DNA from: Azolla caroliniana
Lineage: Eukaryota; Plantae; Polypodiophyta
Reading direction: 5' to 3'
NCBI GenBank assembly: GCA_043228905.1
Contig: JBHGNT010000144.1
Coordinates: 3,124 to 67,123, forward strand
Length of the DNA stretch: 64,000 nt
Shown in pieces: positions 24,210 to 38,259 of the stretch (the stretch's first letter is position 1; each line of letters begins with the position of its first letter). Both the position numbers and the translations under genes were made by a program. The notes beneath the pieces were generated by a model. That model was not told the origin of the DNA and did not search any database. It saw only the letters and a program-made list of their open reading frames with translations.

Positions 24210-27200
24210 TGTCATGAAGATTTTCGGCAATGATGTGAAAATCGCATAAAACATACGAAATTGAGTATGAATCATATAAAACAATAATATTGAAAATACT
24301 ATTTTAAATAAGTTTAATATCTTAGTACAAAAATATGGAGGTCTTCAAGAGCTTTCGAATGCACTTTACTACATAAGAAACAGACATCTAAGTCTCAAGT
24401 TATGTGGGTAGGAAGTTTGCAAAAGAAAAGAGAAATATAAAATTGTGAGATATCCCACATAGACAGGACAAATAAGGATCTCACCATATATAACGCAGAG
24501 GAAAAGCTATTATCTTTGTGTCTATGTGTGGAGCATAGAGTGTTCAAGCTCACTTGAACTAAGCTAATTGGATGATTGGGTGTGGCTTAGCTACTTCTAA
24601 AGGTTTTGGTCAACCAAAACCGGCGGCAACCAGCGACGGAATCGGTGACCGGCATCCGGCGACCTCGGGATGCGAACCGAACCGGCTCAGGATGCGGATT
24701 GAACCAGGCCAAACCGAACAGATGCAAATCGGTTGATCGCGGTGCATGGTGTTTTAAAGATATTTAGTCCAAAGGCTAATAGTATTTTGTGCTTTAAAAG
24801 GGATGTAAGAAAGACTTGAACCTTGCACCTCCAAGATAGGAGGCAATAAACTTACCACCAGGCTATGTCATTTCCTTAGAAATGGTTTTCCTATCATTAT
24901 AGTTTGATCTATTGCCAAACCGCACGTCCTCTAGTACGTGCCAAGAAGAGAGAATGTGAGATTTCGTCAATGGTTATCAGCATGTCTGTTTCTTTGTACT
25001 CGAATCATTGTTGCCACCCAATCCACTATATCATTCTTTTTTCTTTGTTTTACCATGACTTGTTGTCATGGCCCCTTGCTCTCTTCTTGAGGATAATCAT
25101 TTAAGTCTCATGAATGTTCCACCTTCGTCTCGATCGTCTCCTTGCTCAAGGCACTTTGACTCGTTCACAGTAGTGTCTTTGATAGATGTTTTGATCACAT
25201 CCTTCGGATCCTCATGGCTTGCTTGGCCATCGCCATCCCTTGTCATATTTTGCTCAAACTCTTTGTTGCACATATCAGCTTTAACCCTTGCTTCTTCCCC
25301 ATCACTATCCTTCTCTTGGTTCTTACATTAGTTAATGCCCAAGTCTCTAGAACGAGTGTGGAGGGACCCATACATTTCCATCGTTCGCCTTTTTCGTGAT
25401 GCACTCAGCCATTTCCATCTTAAAGTTGCTCGAATCAGCATTGACCTTTGCTTCCTCGCCGCTAGCTTCTGCCTCTTGGGTCTTACATCGATTAAGGCCC
25501 AAGTCTCTAGAACTAGTGCGGGGAAAAGCTCTTCATGGACATTCACCATCTTCGCCTTAACGTCATTTTCCATAGCTATTCCTTCAAACTCATGGGCCTC
25601 ATATCCATCGATCCTTTCTATTGAGAAATCCTTTATTATGTTTCTCTCTTCGCCACATGTATTAGTTTCGACCTTTAGTTCTTTGTCATCACCTCCCGTC
25701 TCTTGGGTCTTACATCGGTTCTCGGACGCAATTGCCCAAGTCTCTGGACCAAGTGTGGAGGAATCCTCAATGTGACCATCTGCCATTAATTCTTTCATAG
25801 CCACCTCTGACTTGATGTCATTTCTTATGGCTATCTCTTCAATCTCATGGGCCTCGTACCCATTGACCTTCTTGATCGAGCAAGCTTCGATTATCCTTCT
25901 CTTTTTGTCGCATGTATTCGTTTTGACCATCGGCTCCTCGCCGACACCTTCCATCACTTGGGTCTCACGTTGGTTCTTGGACACAACTGCCCAGGTCTTT
26001 GGAGCATGTGTGGAGAAAATCTGGCCATGGTCGTTGTCGACGCTTGTTATCTTGTTCATAGTCACCTCCTCGATGTCGTCTTTAGCGGCTAGATCCTCAA
26101 TTACACTAGCCTCGCACTATTTATCTCCATTGATGCAAACTTCGATTTGGCTTGTTCCATCATCCATTGTTTTGAACACGATGCATGTTCCGAAACATTC
26201 GACCTCCTTTGAAATGGCCATCATCGTCCTCAAGTCATCATCAATCTTCTTTTCATGTTGGATGCGTTGTTTAGGCATCTCGACTTCTTTAGATGGTTTT
26301 GATTTTTCTACGCTTGGTCTTACCAAGTCAATATCATCAAGCCATCGATGACGCCTGTCAATCTTGTTGCATGCTTGCTTCACCGCAACCCAGTCTGCCC
26401 CAAGCCCGTTCTCTTGGGTATCATCTTCAAGGAGAGTACCCAGTTCTCGTCTATCCTTCATATCCACAGCCTTTAGGAAGTACAAAGTTTTGTCCTCCTC
26501 AAGTAGCACTTGGTCTGTGGCGGGGAGATGACGAAACATTTGGTCAAATTCGTCGTACACCCTCAAGGCGCTCATCTTCTTATTTTTCTTCTTTATCACT
26601 TCATCAAGGCATGTCGAGTCATCCTCGACAAATCTTCCGTCGCGAACTCCGCTAATATCGCTTTCTCGAACTCCGACCACGTTGTCTTCCCTTCTTGAAG
26701 CTCGATGACACGTATTTGGATGTTGTTAGCAACAACTCTCTTGAAGCTTGCGATTTAACGTGCTTCAGACATGTCCCTTTGATTCATCTCCCTTCTATAT
26801 GCATCAAGGAACTTCGTAATGTTCCTTCTGTCAAATTCACCCTCGAGCTCAACGACACAGTCGACAGCCTTCTCCACGCTCGCATCGTTGTCTCGAGATC
26901 TCATCATTTGTTCGACGATCAGCATCAGCCTTTCGAACTCTCCTGCTTGGTTGCTTGAGGATGTCATTTCCAAGTATCGGTTGATCCTTCCTGCCACCTC
27001 TTTCACGTCGGGTTCACCACTTAATTATTTCGTGAAGATTTGTCACTACGTGTGGATCGTGAGGCAGAACCGCCGGGATTCTGGACCGGAAGGATTCGAA
27101 GTTTGCACAAGCTTTAGCGAGCTATGTATTAATCAATAAATTAAAAGTAAGAAATTCGTTATCCAATTGATGTACCAATCTTGTTCTTCAAATCTAAAGT

Positions 27201-27351
27201 CAAGTGTTCTATCTTATCTCACTCTCTCTCTCTCTTTCAATCTATCTTAAATACTTTCTCGCTAAAGCTTGTGCAAACTTCAAATCCTTCCGGTCCAGAA
27301 CCCCGGTGGTTCCGCCTCACGATCCGCACGTAGTGATGGATCTTCACGACA
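24210..27351 (-). mobile_element. Non-autonomous gag-only retroelement with tRNA-Trp PBS and 4-bp TSD
   Basis: ACGT duplicated at 24206-24209 and 27352-27355; removal restores the copia integrase frame GLA.NVSIG. Termini TGTCATGAAGA/TCTTCACGACA. Plus strand 27002-27019 TTCACGTCGGGTTCACCA matches the 3' end of plant tRNA-Trp. Gag-like F...NITKFL.AY and FLKAVD..DRREL (27006-26117), then an acidic repetitive ORF; no pol. Confidence 0.75.
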
Positions 27352-28937
27352 ACGTTCTATGCCAGTCCCCACACATGTGAGTGGATAAGATCAAGCCGAT
27401 TTTGGCTCTGATTCGTCTCCTTGGGGAATGGAAGCCTATGTTGTTTCCCGAGCTGGCACGCTTCACAAATTTGGCCTCTCTGTCCATTGAACTTTGGCAG
27501 TCCGGAAACCACGTGTTTCAACTCCAGCTCGTGAAGCTTCCGGAAGTTGATGTGGTCGATCCGCTTGTGCCACAGGTCGATGTCTAACTCGACTTTCTGT
27601 CCTTCTCCAAACATAGTGGGGTCAACATCATTCGTTTCAAGGATAAACATCTTCCCATCTCGATGCCCTTCCTCGATGACTTTGCCCTCTTCTTCGATGA
27701 AGCACCCGAGGTGCATGAACTGAACCTGCATCCCTTGGTCGACAATCTGTCCAACTGACATCAGATTCTTCGTGATTGTAGGGACGTGTTGGACATTCAT
27801 CAGCTTTCCCTTCTGTCTAACATAAAATATGGCTGAGGGAACTTCACCGACATGCTCGATGGTATGTGGGGTGTCGTCACCGGTTTCGACGACCCCCAGT
27901 TGTTCTTGTTTCTCTAGGTAAGAAAACCATTCCGCGTGGCTTGTCATATGGTTTGACGCTCCGGAATCAACATACCATAACTCATTTGGTTTTGAGGTGC
28001 TTGTCCTCATCGAATTACCTCGTGTTTCATCACAAAACCTAGGCCCGATCAAGCTTTGCCGGCTTCCACGTCCGGCCTTCCCAGATCTGGACTTGTCCGA
28101 ATCGGCACGCTTTTTCCAACACTCGCTCTCTCCTTGTCCCTTCTGGCCACAATACCAACATTCTGTTGCGGTCTTCTCTTGCCGGTTTCCAGCGCCACTT
28201 TAACTCCCCCTATTTTCGAAGCGTCCAGAATTGTTGTCGACGCCATCTTTGTGCCTTCGACTCTGATCTTGTCGGCCGCTTCCACCGTGTGCCAATCCGC
28301 CTCGTCCACTACGACCATGGGACCAATCCGCCTCCGCATACAGCATCTTACTGTCGTCGTGTGTGCTCGTTGACGCACTTGCGTGGTTCTCCTCTATTAG
28401 GAGCATCGGCTATAGGTCGAAAAACGAGGGCGCATTCTCTTGTTGGCATAAAAGGCCAACTCCTTCCGAGTTGTATCCGTCCGACTGTGAACTCGTTAAT
28501 AAGTTAGGGCTTAGTATATAAATGAATACCTAACATTGTAATGAGTGATGAGTCGATGACGAGTAACAGAGAGACAAAGCCTCTATGCATTGTATCTCAG
28601 AGAGAGAGAGAGAATGAAGCAATAAAGTTTTCCATTAGAGCTTGCACTATGTAAGTCCACGCCATTCTATTTTCTGTCTGTGTTGTTTGTTGTTCAGAAC
28701 CGACACAGATCCATACACGTTTCCACAAATCGCACTCGTGACCGACAACTAGTATTAGAGCGACCTTGCTGCATGGCAGCAACAGACAACAGAAGAAGCT
28801 GAGAGGGACAGGCCAAGTTAGAAATCTTACTTTCATAAAAGGAATATGGCTTCAACATCCAGAACAGGAGTTCAAATCAGAAAGTTCAACGGCAAAAAAA
28901 ATTCCCTATGGAAGGAGATGATGCAGGATGTGTTGAT

Positions 28938-29745
28938 TGACGGGAACTGCACGCTCCCTATACGCAACGCTCGGCCACAACCGAGCTTAGAATCATACAC
29001 AGAAAACGGGAAATAAAGCACGTCACGAAGAAGAGAAGAGTACGCAGGATGTTTACGTGGAAAACCCAAACTAAGGGAAAAAACCACGGCAGCCCACAGG
29101 CTGCAAACTATCGCTCTGTTAGAATGTACAACTGTGAGTTCACGGAGGCAACGACCTCGTGCTCACGATCCTCGCCACAAGCGGCGGTTACAACAGAGGC
29201 AACGACCTCTTTCTCTCTCTCTCTCTCTCTGTACATAGTTACGCGCTCTCTCTCTCCTTGCACCAATAAGAATGACAACAACAACTAAAAGTTTGCCCTA
29301 AGTCATATTTATACTAATATGACTTTTCGGCTATTTACAAATATAGCCATGATGGACTCTCAGAAACATATTTACGAATATGTCACTTCATCCGGTGAGC
29401 ACTCCTCACCGGGTCTGCACCATCCGGCTCTCCGTAGCCGGGCACTCCTCATCCGGTTCTCACCGGGTCTGCACCATCCGGCTCTCCGTAGCCGGGCACT
29501 CCTCATTCGGTTCTCACCGGATCTGCACCATCCGGCTCTCCGTAGCTAGGTATTCCTCATCCGGTTCTCACCGGGTCTGCACCATCCGGCTCTCCGTAGC
29601 CAGGTACTCCTCATCCAGTTCTCACCGGGTCTGCACCATCCGGCTCTCCGTAGCCGGGTACTCCTCATCCGGTTTCGGCCGAGGCCAATTTGTTCATTAG
29701 CATTGTTCTTCTCCCTTCCCATCCGGAGGGACCTGTCTCCCAACA
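28938..29745 (-). mobile_element. Solo LTR (copia) with internal 54-bp tandem array
   Basis: TG..CA ends; TSD TTGAT/TTAAT; interrupts gag QDVL|IIRI; near-identical to 38260-39066. Confidence 0.88.
29400..29675. repeat. 54-bp GC-rich tandem repeat, about 5 copies
   Basis: Unit CTCCTCATCCGGTTCTCACCGGGTCTGCACCATCCGGCTCTCCGTAGCCGGGTA; no spacers between units. Confidence 0.92.
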
Positions 29746-32700
29746 TTAATCATCCGAATAAAGGTTGAAGCCATTCGGCACAACGAAAAGCCTGCTTCGA
29801 TGACAGTAGAAGAGTGGAGATTAGTGAACGAAATAGCACAATCCACCATCCGAATGCACCTAGCTGAAAACGTCTACTTCAGCATGGCGAAAGAGACGAC
29901 AACTTTCTCATTGTGGGAGAAACTACAGGCCATTTATGAGAAGAAGTCCTCGTCTTCAAAATTAATTTTGATCAAACAACTGTTCAATATGAAGATGAAA
30001 AAGACTGGTCCGGCGACCTCCCACATCAACCCCTTCAGCCGAGTGTTGTTTGACCTCTCATCACAAGGGATCAACTTCGAAGAAGAAGTGAAAGGCCTTG
30101 CCCTCCTATCAAGCTTGCCGGCGAGTTGGGAGGTATTCTGCACAACATACGCCTATAGTCGACCAATCCTAAACTTGGACGAAACAATTGGCCAAGTCCT
30201 CACAGAGGACATCAGGCGAAAATCGATGGGACTAACCATCGATGAGTCGGGAGAAGCCCATCACTCAACCGAGTCGTTCGACAATAGAGTCGAACGAAAG
30301 AACAAGTTGACAGAACCGGTCAACGCTACAGTCAATCGAAAACAAGGGGAGACTGACAATGGTTGAAGTCGAAAATGGGCCGATCAACGGAGTATTGCAC
30401 ACACTGTAGGAAAGCTGGCCACAATGTTCCCAAGTGTTGGTCATTAAAACGGAAAGAGAGTGGTCGGCGATCCGAACGGAATCAGGGACGTTCCAACTTG
30501 GACCACTCTCCAGTCGGCAACCAAATGAACGTTGCCAACACCAGATCCGAAGAAATCCTCTCCTTAGAGGACTCAATGATCGGAGAAGTCCTCTACAGTG
30601 CACAAGTTGCACACACATGTCTACTAGACTCTGGCGCCACATTTCACGTGACCCCCAACATTGAATGGTTCTCGAACTATTCAGCTGATGCCAGCGGCGC
30701 AATCCAATTGGGAAACGGGCAGGAGAGCAAGCTAGCCGGAACCGGGGAAGTTCCCATCAGATTACCAAATGGCAACACAATAACCCTGCACCGAGTTTGG
30801 CACATACCCGATCTAAAGAGGAGTCTGATCTCCATTGGCATGTTAGCCGAAGACGGTTATCAAACGACTGTACACGAGTCGACATGGGTGATCACCCAAG
30901 GAAACCTCAAAATCGGCAATGGGCACAAGTATAATAATCTATACCCATTGATGGCGATCAACCCTGAAGGGGTCGTGAACGTAGCCAAGAAAACCGACCC
31001 GAACTTATCGCATGGCCGACTTGGCCACATGTCTCAAGCCGGACTTGATCAGCTAATGTCGGTTGGCTACATCCTGAAACTCCAGGCAAAGAAGAACTTC
31101 TGCGAGCATTGTCGATATGGGAAACAGACCTGAAGTCCGCACTCTCTCCAGTATGAGACAATACGACAACTCCTAGAGCTCGTGCACACAGACATATGTG
31201 GGCCCATGCTAGAACGATCACTAGGAGGCTCCCGGTACTTCATCACATTCGTAGATGATTGTACATGGAAAGTTTGGGCATACTCCATCAAGTCCAAAGA
31301 TGAAGTGCTCAAGGTCTTCACTCGATGGATATCTAAAGTGGAGAACCGGTCGGGATACAAAGTGAAGACACTCCAATTCAACAACGGAGGTGAGTACACC
31401 TCTAGAGCCTTCAAACAATACCTATCCGGAAAAGGGATTCAACACCAAAAGACCGTTCCCTACACACCCATGCAAAATGGAGTGGCAGAACAGATCATCA
31501 GGACGATCTACGAGAGGGTGACATCAATGCTCCAGCAAGCCGGACTGAAGCTGGAATTCTGGGTCGAGGCATTGCAGACAGCAGTGTACCTGATAAATCT
31601 GGTGCCGTCAAGATCAATCAGGCTCGAAGTGCCACATGCACCGTGGTCAGGCAAACAGCCAACCTACGATAGGCTCCGTATATTCAGATGTGAAGCCTAC
31701 GCATTCATCCCCAGGGACAAAAGGACGAAGTTGGCACCCCATGCAACAAAGTGCATATTTCTCGGTTATGGAACCGATGGGGACTTCGGCTACCAGCTAT
31801 GGGACCTTGAGAACCGGAAATTGATCCGAAGCAGCAACGTAGTCTTCAATGAAGACTCTATCTTCTCTCAACGAAACCAACAGAAAACAGTTGGTAAGAA
31901 GGTATCCTTCGAAGATGAAAACACTGTTGCAGAAGGACCAACCCATCGGGCCGAATCGGAAACTCAACAAATAGTCAAACTCCAACAAGTTGCCAACTTC
32001 CCTGCCGACACCGAATCGGCAACAATTCCTATCGTCAAACTCAAAGACAAAGTCATTAAAGACATAGCCAAATCGACTAGGATCGATAAAGGCAAAGTCA
32101 CCAAGAGACAAGTCAGAAAAGAGTCGACAACAACCATAGGGGAGGACAACTAGACACCGCCGATATCCCAAACCGGGGGTGGGACACCTAACAAGACTCC
32201 TGACACAATGGGTTCAACAAATACCGATCATCAATCGAAATCGATCGAAGAATCCAAACCAGATTTTATGGCACACATGAGATCTGGACGAGCTCGAAGG
32301 CCAACAGAGTTTTATCAACCGGGCCTCGACTACGTCAACTACATGGATGCATGCGAACCAAGCACCTATGAAGAAGCTATGGCCGCACCGGATGCCGAAA
32401 CATGGCTACAAGCAAGCCATGAAATCCGAAATGGACTCGATTCATCATAATCAGACATGGGAGTTGGTCGAACTACCAGCTGGAAGGAAGTCGCTACCTT
32501 GCAAATGGGTTTTTCGATACAAGTATGCATCCAACCCAGGGAAACCCAAGTACAAAGCTCGGCTTGTCGCGAAAGGATTCAAACAAGAATATGGGGTCGA
32601 CTACGACAAGATATTCTCACTAGTAGTCAAGATGACCACCCTCCGACTCCTACTAGGAGTTGTGGCGACAGAAGATCTAGAGCTCGAGCAGATGGACATA

Positions 32701-35700
32701 AAGGCGGCATTCCTACACAGAGATCTAGAAGAAGACATATACATGTCTCAACCGGCAGGCTTCACGGCGATGGGGGAGGACAGTCACCTCGTATGTCAAC
32801 TAAAGAAAAGTCTATATGGCCTAAAACAAGCACTGAGAATGTGGTACCAAAAGTTTGACTCCTACATATGGCAGCTTGGATACAACAGAACCTAACCCAT
32901 GCATGTATGTTCAGCAACTGGCTGACGAGTCAAGGATCTATCTAATCCTATACGTCGACGACATGTTGATTGTATGAAGCAATCAAGCAGAGATCGGTAA
33001 ACTGAAGCGAAGCCTTCACGCAAAGTTCGCAATGAAGGAACTCGGACAAGCCCGACACATACTGGGCATGAGGATAGAGTGAAATCAGACGACCAAAACT
33101 CTCCGACTCTCCCAGTCCGAATACATCCGCAAGGTGCTGAAGTGCTTCAACATGGAGAATGTGAAGCCAACACCGACACCGCTTCCGACATCGATCAGAC
33201 TATCGGACAGAGACTCTCCTAGAATGGACAAGGAGAGAGAACTTAATGGAAAGATACCCTACACATCGACAGTAGGAAGTATCATGTACGCAATGGTGGT
33301 GACCCAACCCGACCTAGCCTATGTCGTAGGGGTGGTCAGCCGGTACATGTCAAACCCAGGAAAGAAGCACTGGGAGGCCGTCAAGCACATCCTTAGGTAT
33401 CTAAAAGGAACCCTGGATGCACAACTGACTTCGAACTAACAACCTCATCCAAAGTCAAAGGTTACACTGATTCCGACTATGCCGGAAATGCAGATAATCA
33501 GAAATCGACATCAGGCTACATCTTCACCTATGGTGGCGGGGCGATATCATGGAGGTCGAAACTTCAAGAGTGCATGCATGTCTCTATCTACCATAGAAGC
33601 CGAGTACATAATAGCATCGGAAGCAGCGAAGGAAGCGATCTAGCTGCACCGACTGTCTGCCGACTTCGGAACTGCAAACCGAATAGACCGACCAGCGCCG
33701 ACCATCTATTGCAACTCGCAGAGCACTATACAACTCATCAACAATCCCATCTACCATGTGAAGACAAAGCACATTGAGGTACAGTATCATCATATCCGGG
33801 AGCGAGAGAGCGAGAAGAAACCTGAAATCCGGAAGATTGACAACGAGATGAACATCGTCGATTGCCTAACAAAGCCACTCCCAAATCTACGCTTCGAAGC
33901 ACTAAGGAAGAAAATGGGGCTACGACAAGCGACCGAGTAGAAGAAAGTCGAACGAGGAGCAGAAGGTAAGATCTGATTGGAACAATAACGACACATCCTA
34001 TACATCTGCCAACTCGGTTGCATGTCGACTGACTTGTAACATATAAACTTAGATCATTTTTGTAATCTAGGCTTACAGGGGAGATAACCCCAAATACTTG
34101 TACATGAAAGAAAGAGTAGTCCTTTTACGGGGGAGTTTGTTGGCATAAAAGGCCAACTCCTTTCAAGTTGTGTCCGTCCGAGTGTGAACTCGTTAATAAG
34201 TTAGGGCTTAGTATATAAGCAAATACCTAACATTGTAATGAGTGATGAGTGGATGGCGAGTAACAGAGAGACGAAGCCTCTATGCATTTTATCTCAGAAA
34301 GAGAGAGAGAATGAAGCAATAAAGCTTTCCATTAGAGCTTGCACTGTGTAACTCCACGCCATTCTATTTTCTGTCTGCATTGTTTGTTGTTTAGAACCGA
34401 CATAGATCCATACACGTTTCCACAAATTGCACTCGTGACCGACATCTCCCTTGTACAGACCGCCTTCCGGAATGCTTCGAACTTTGACGCTAGGCCCCCA
34501 AGACAAACCTGCACCATCTCATCTTCCTCAACGGTTACGTTGATAGCGGCAAGTGAGTCGCATATTTCTTTGATCTGGGCCATATAGAGCTTCTCCGTTG
34601 GAAGCGAGCTAGCCAATCCTTTGTCCATTCTAACCTTTGTTTATTGCTCTTTACCAGGTATTAGGGTTTGTCTTCGAAAATCTCTCGTCGGTTGCAGAGG
34701 TTCTCAACCCTCACACTCGGATACCATGTAAAAGAATATGATTGTGGAAGCTAAGACAAAACCGGCTCGTCCGGATAGCAAAAGAATACAGACACGGGTT
34801 TAATGGAAACCTTACGCGAGAGAGACAAAGTTAGAGCAAAGCATAAAAACAGTGTATATTCCAAAACACTAAAAACTCTCGTACATACAATGTGCTCTGT
34901 GAGTACTTTTATACAAGTCCTTAAAAGGACTAACAAAAGTACTGACAAGTACTTCAATGCTCATACGAGCGACTGACGTTGATTCCTAAAAATATACCTA
35001 CGTACTAGGCTAGATTCATAGGTCTCTAACAGCCTACTGGTTACAATCCAATCCGGCTCCTGGTTCTAGATACCATCCAGACATTGATCTGGTTCTTCAT
35101 TCCGAACTCCGATCCGGCTCTAGCTTGTTCAGCCGATCCGGATCCGGTTGAGCTTACCCACTCAACAAGAAGGGATTAGGATTCTTCTTCTACGAGAATT
35201 TTGGTTTGTGAGGTTGGTTCTTATAAGCGTTTGAGGTTCTCTGTGAGTTCGAGTTTTAGGGTTGTGAGTTTTGGTGTTCTCTCTCATCTTGTAGGAGAGG
35301 TGTTGGGTTTGGGGTTCTTCTACAATGAATGGCTTCTTCGGCATTTTAGTGGAGGTCTGTTCAGTGATTTGGTTGTCTTCTCCATGATGGAGAACGTTAT
35401 GTGTCACAACGGTTTCGGGAAGGATGGGTTGACTTGGTGATCAGTCTTTGAAGGGAGGATGAAGTGACACGGGAATATTACATTGTCTTCAAGGGGTGAG
35501 AGTAATAGTGGTAGTCGCAGTCTCGTCGGTTCACTTGACTTGCCTTCACGAGATTCTTCTAGCTTCCCTTCTTAGTTCTTTCTTATATGTTTGCTTAATC
35601 ATGTAACCGATTCTTGTAAAAACCATCGAAATCGTTGTATTAAACCGATTTGTTGTATAAACCCTATTTTGCATCATAAGTTGTGTATGTTTTCCCCATG

Positions 35701-38259
35701 ATTTTGTGATAATTTCTTATTCGTGCATTAACCATCCATTCGGGTCATTGCACTGATTGCTCTTGAACCATAATCTTGTCCGATCAGTCAAAAGGTCGAC
35801 AGGAGGGAAAGGTCGGGAAAAGTCATAGAGTCGAAAGCTCAACGAGGAAAGGACGTCGAGCAAGACTTAATGAGGAAAGGAGGAGTTGAGCGAAAGCTCG
35901 TCGAGTCAAAAAATCGATGAGCCCCTAAGCTCGACAAGGAGCCTTATAAAAGGCGGGTGTGAATCCTCAACTTTTGTCGAATACGGGTGTCTAATGACCG
36001 TATTCGCATTGTCCCTTGGATAGACTAGGTTTAGGATAATTCTGTAAATATGTCAAAGGGCATTTTCCCTAGCCCAATTAGTATATAACGAGCTTTGTAA
36101 CCTAGCTCATAAGGTTGTTGCCTCCATTTGTTGTAACTCTGATCTTTCGAATAATACAGTTACATATTGTGTGTTATTCTCTATCTCTCTCACTCTCACT
36201 CTGTCTCCTTGATCTTGCCTTCACTTGCTAACTCGGTGATCTTCTTAGCAAAATGTTGTTCTTGTTTCCCCACTGACGGTCTCAGACTCCAACATCTGGT
36301 ATTAGAGCTTGAGGTTCTTCAACTCGGTGTTGGCCGTCATCTGTTTTCAACAGCATTCTTGCCCTTGTCTTCCTAAAGACCCTGAGCTCAACTTCTAATC
36401 TTGAGAAGAGAGAGACAAATGAAAATTTTCACTCTATTGAGCTAAACCACTCTTAAGGTAAGGCAGTCGGTTATACCTTGCTTCTATTATTGCAGCCCCT
36501 CAGAGTGGAATCTCTATCAAATCGACCTCGATCGTGCTTTACCAAGTTAGACACTATCCACTCATTTGTTGTAACCACTCAATGCAGATCCAGCCCTAGG
36601 AACAACCTCATTTGTGCTTCACTCGACTAGACGAATTTGTCCCTCTAATCATCGTAGCCACTCGAAGCAAGATCGACCTGAAAAGAAGGCACATAATCTA
36701 TAATCGTCCTCTAAAAATTTGTATTCAAAACGTATTTGGCATATAGTTGTGTTCAATTCGACTAAGAGATATTCGAGAAGACCAATTGTTGGTTTTGTCC
36801 CTGCACTTGTTGTAGCCATCTGGAGCAAACTCACCATCTAATAGTCATTAGAAACTCAATTGGCAAACTCATGTCCAAATCCGGCTAGAACGAATTTGAG
36901 TGAGCTAGTAGGCTACACCCTACCACTATTCATAGCCAACTCTAGACATAATTTCCCAAGGCCGACGCAAATGGCATCAACATCTGGTTCATCAGAAATG
37001 AGTCTAAGGAAGTTTGATGGATCGAACTTCAACTTCTGGAAGGAGCAGATGCATGACTATCTAATAGTCAAGGGCCAAATTGACCCAATCGAGACTGAAG
37101 ACGCTCCAGAAGGATACAAGCCGAATGAGTGGCAGAAGCTGGACAGAATCCTCCACACCACAATTCGGATGCACTTGTCAGAGTCAATGTACTTCACAGT
37201 GCAATCGTATTCGGCCGCCTTTCAACTATGGAAGACACTCTCAAACACTTACGAAAAGAAGGTCACCGCCACAAAGATATATTTGATTCGGCGCATCTAC
37301 AACCTTCGGATAAAAGAATCTAATTCGGTCCAGGCACACCTGAACGAGTACGAGAGTCTAAGCTCTCAGATCTTAGCCCAAAGGACGACAATGGAAGATG
37401 AATTGAGAGCAATGTTGCTCATGAGAAGTCTCCCCCCTTCTTGGGAAACTTTCCTCACAATTGTGTGCAATGCATCTACTACAGCAGTAAAATACTCCGA
37501 AGTCACAACTACAATTGTAACTAAAGAAACTTGGAGGAAATCGTTTACAAACGGTTCGGCCAATGACGCCTACGTAGTACAAGGTTCGGATAGTCGTGGG
37601 AGAAGTTCTTCTTGACCGCCGATAAATCAACGAAGTTGGAGTAGGTTGCGGGACAACCGAAATTGCAACTATCGCAAGAAACCCAAACACATCAAGGCCG
37701 ATTGTCGCGCCCTCAAAGCTAAGAATGATAAAACCCAATGAGCTAATCAAAAGTGTGGCTGGCATGAGGAGGTCAACTACATCGGCTCATTAGCCGAAGT
37801 ATTATCGAACGACCAACACATTTTGTTCATCGAACACTCTGTCGAATCATAAGTTCTACTTATGACTAAAAAGTCAAGCATTTGGCTCCTGGATTCGGGC
37901 ACTTCATACCATGTGACCCTTCACAGATCCCAATTTTGGCAATATTCAGCCTGACATTCCGACAAAGTCCAACTCAGAAATTTGTAGCATTGTGCTATAA
38001 TTGGAATCGGCACTATAGAGCTCAACCTTTCAGGTGGCTCTACATTAGTATTGCACAAGGTCCGACATGTACCTAAGCTCTCAAGGCCATTGATCTCAAT
38101 CGGACAACTAGATGAAGACGGCATTCGTGTTGGCTTCTCATCAAGAGGGTGGACACTCCACAGAGGAGACCTCCTACTTGCTCAAGGTACAAAAGTACAT
38201 TCTCTGTACCCACTATATGTCACACTCAGAGAGGGTGACTTGCTCTTGGTTGATATTCA

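Larger units (their letters stand above)
28441..34444 (+). mobile_element. Ty1/copia LTR retrotransposon nested in the host gag
   Basis: LTRs 28441-28747 and 34138-34444; TSD TCTCT/TCTCC; degenerate Met PBS TAGTATTAGAGC; PPT GGGGGAG. Gag with CCHC (CTHCRKAGHNVPKC), protease LDSGA, integrase HTDICGP, RT YVDD and RNase H, with many stops. Confidence 0.93.
7693..35167 (-). mobile_element. Host Ty1/copia LTR retrotransposon split by four nested insertions
   Basis: LTRs 7693-8131 and 34727-35167; PBS TGGTATCCG at 34718-34726(-); PPT GAGGGGGAG next to 8131; flanks GGAAG/AGAAG. Segments: gag 34445-34630 and 28050-28440; protease (WYVDSGASNHM) and GAG-pre-integrase 27356-28050; integrase 23560-24205; RT 22895-23300, 16239-16558 (LYVDDL) and 9200-9492; RNase H 8760-9200. 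About 5.2 kb after removing the insertions. Confidence 0.9.

Noticed and set aside
29400-29675. CRISPR-like array (also 38710-38995)
   Set aside because: Units are head-to-tail with no unique spacers, lie inside LTRs, and there are no cas genes; the context is eukaryotic.
35777-35975. Longer 5' LTR for the third copia
   Set aside because: It is not repeated at the 3' LTR and gives no matching TSD.
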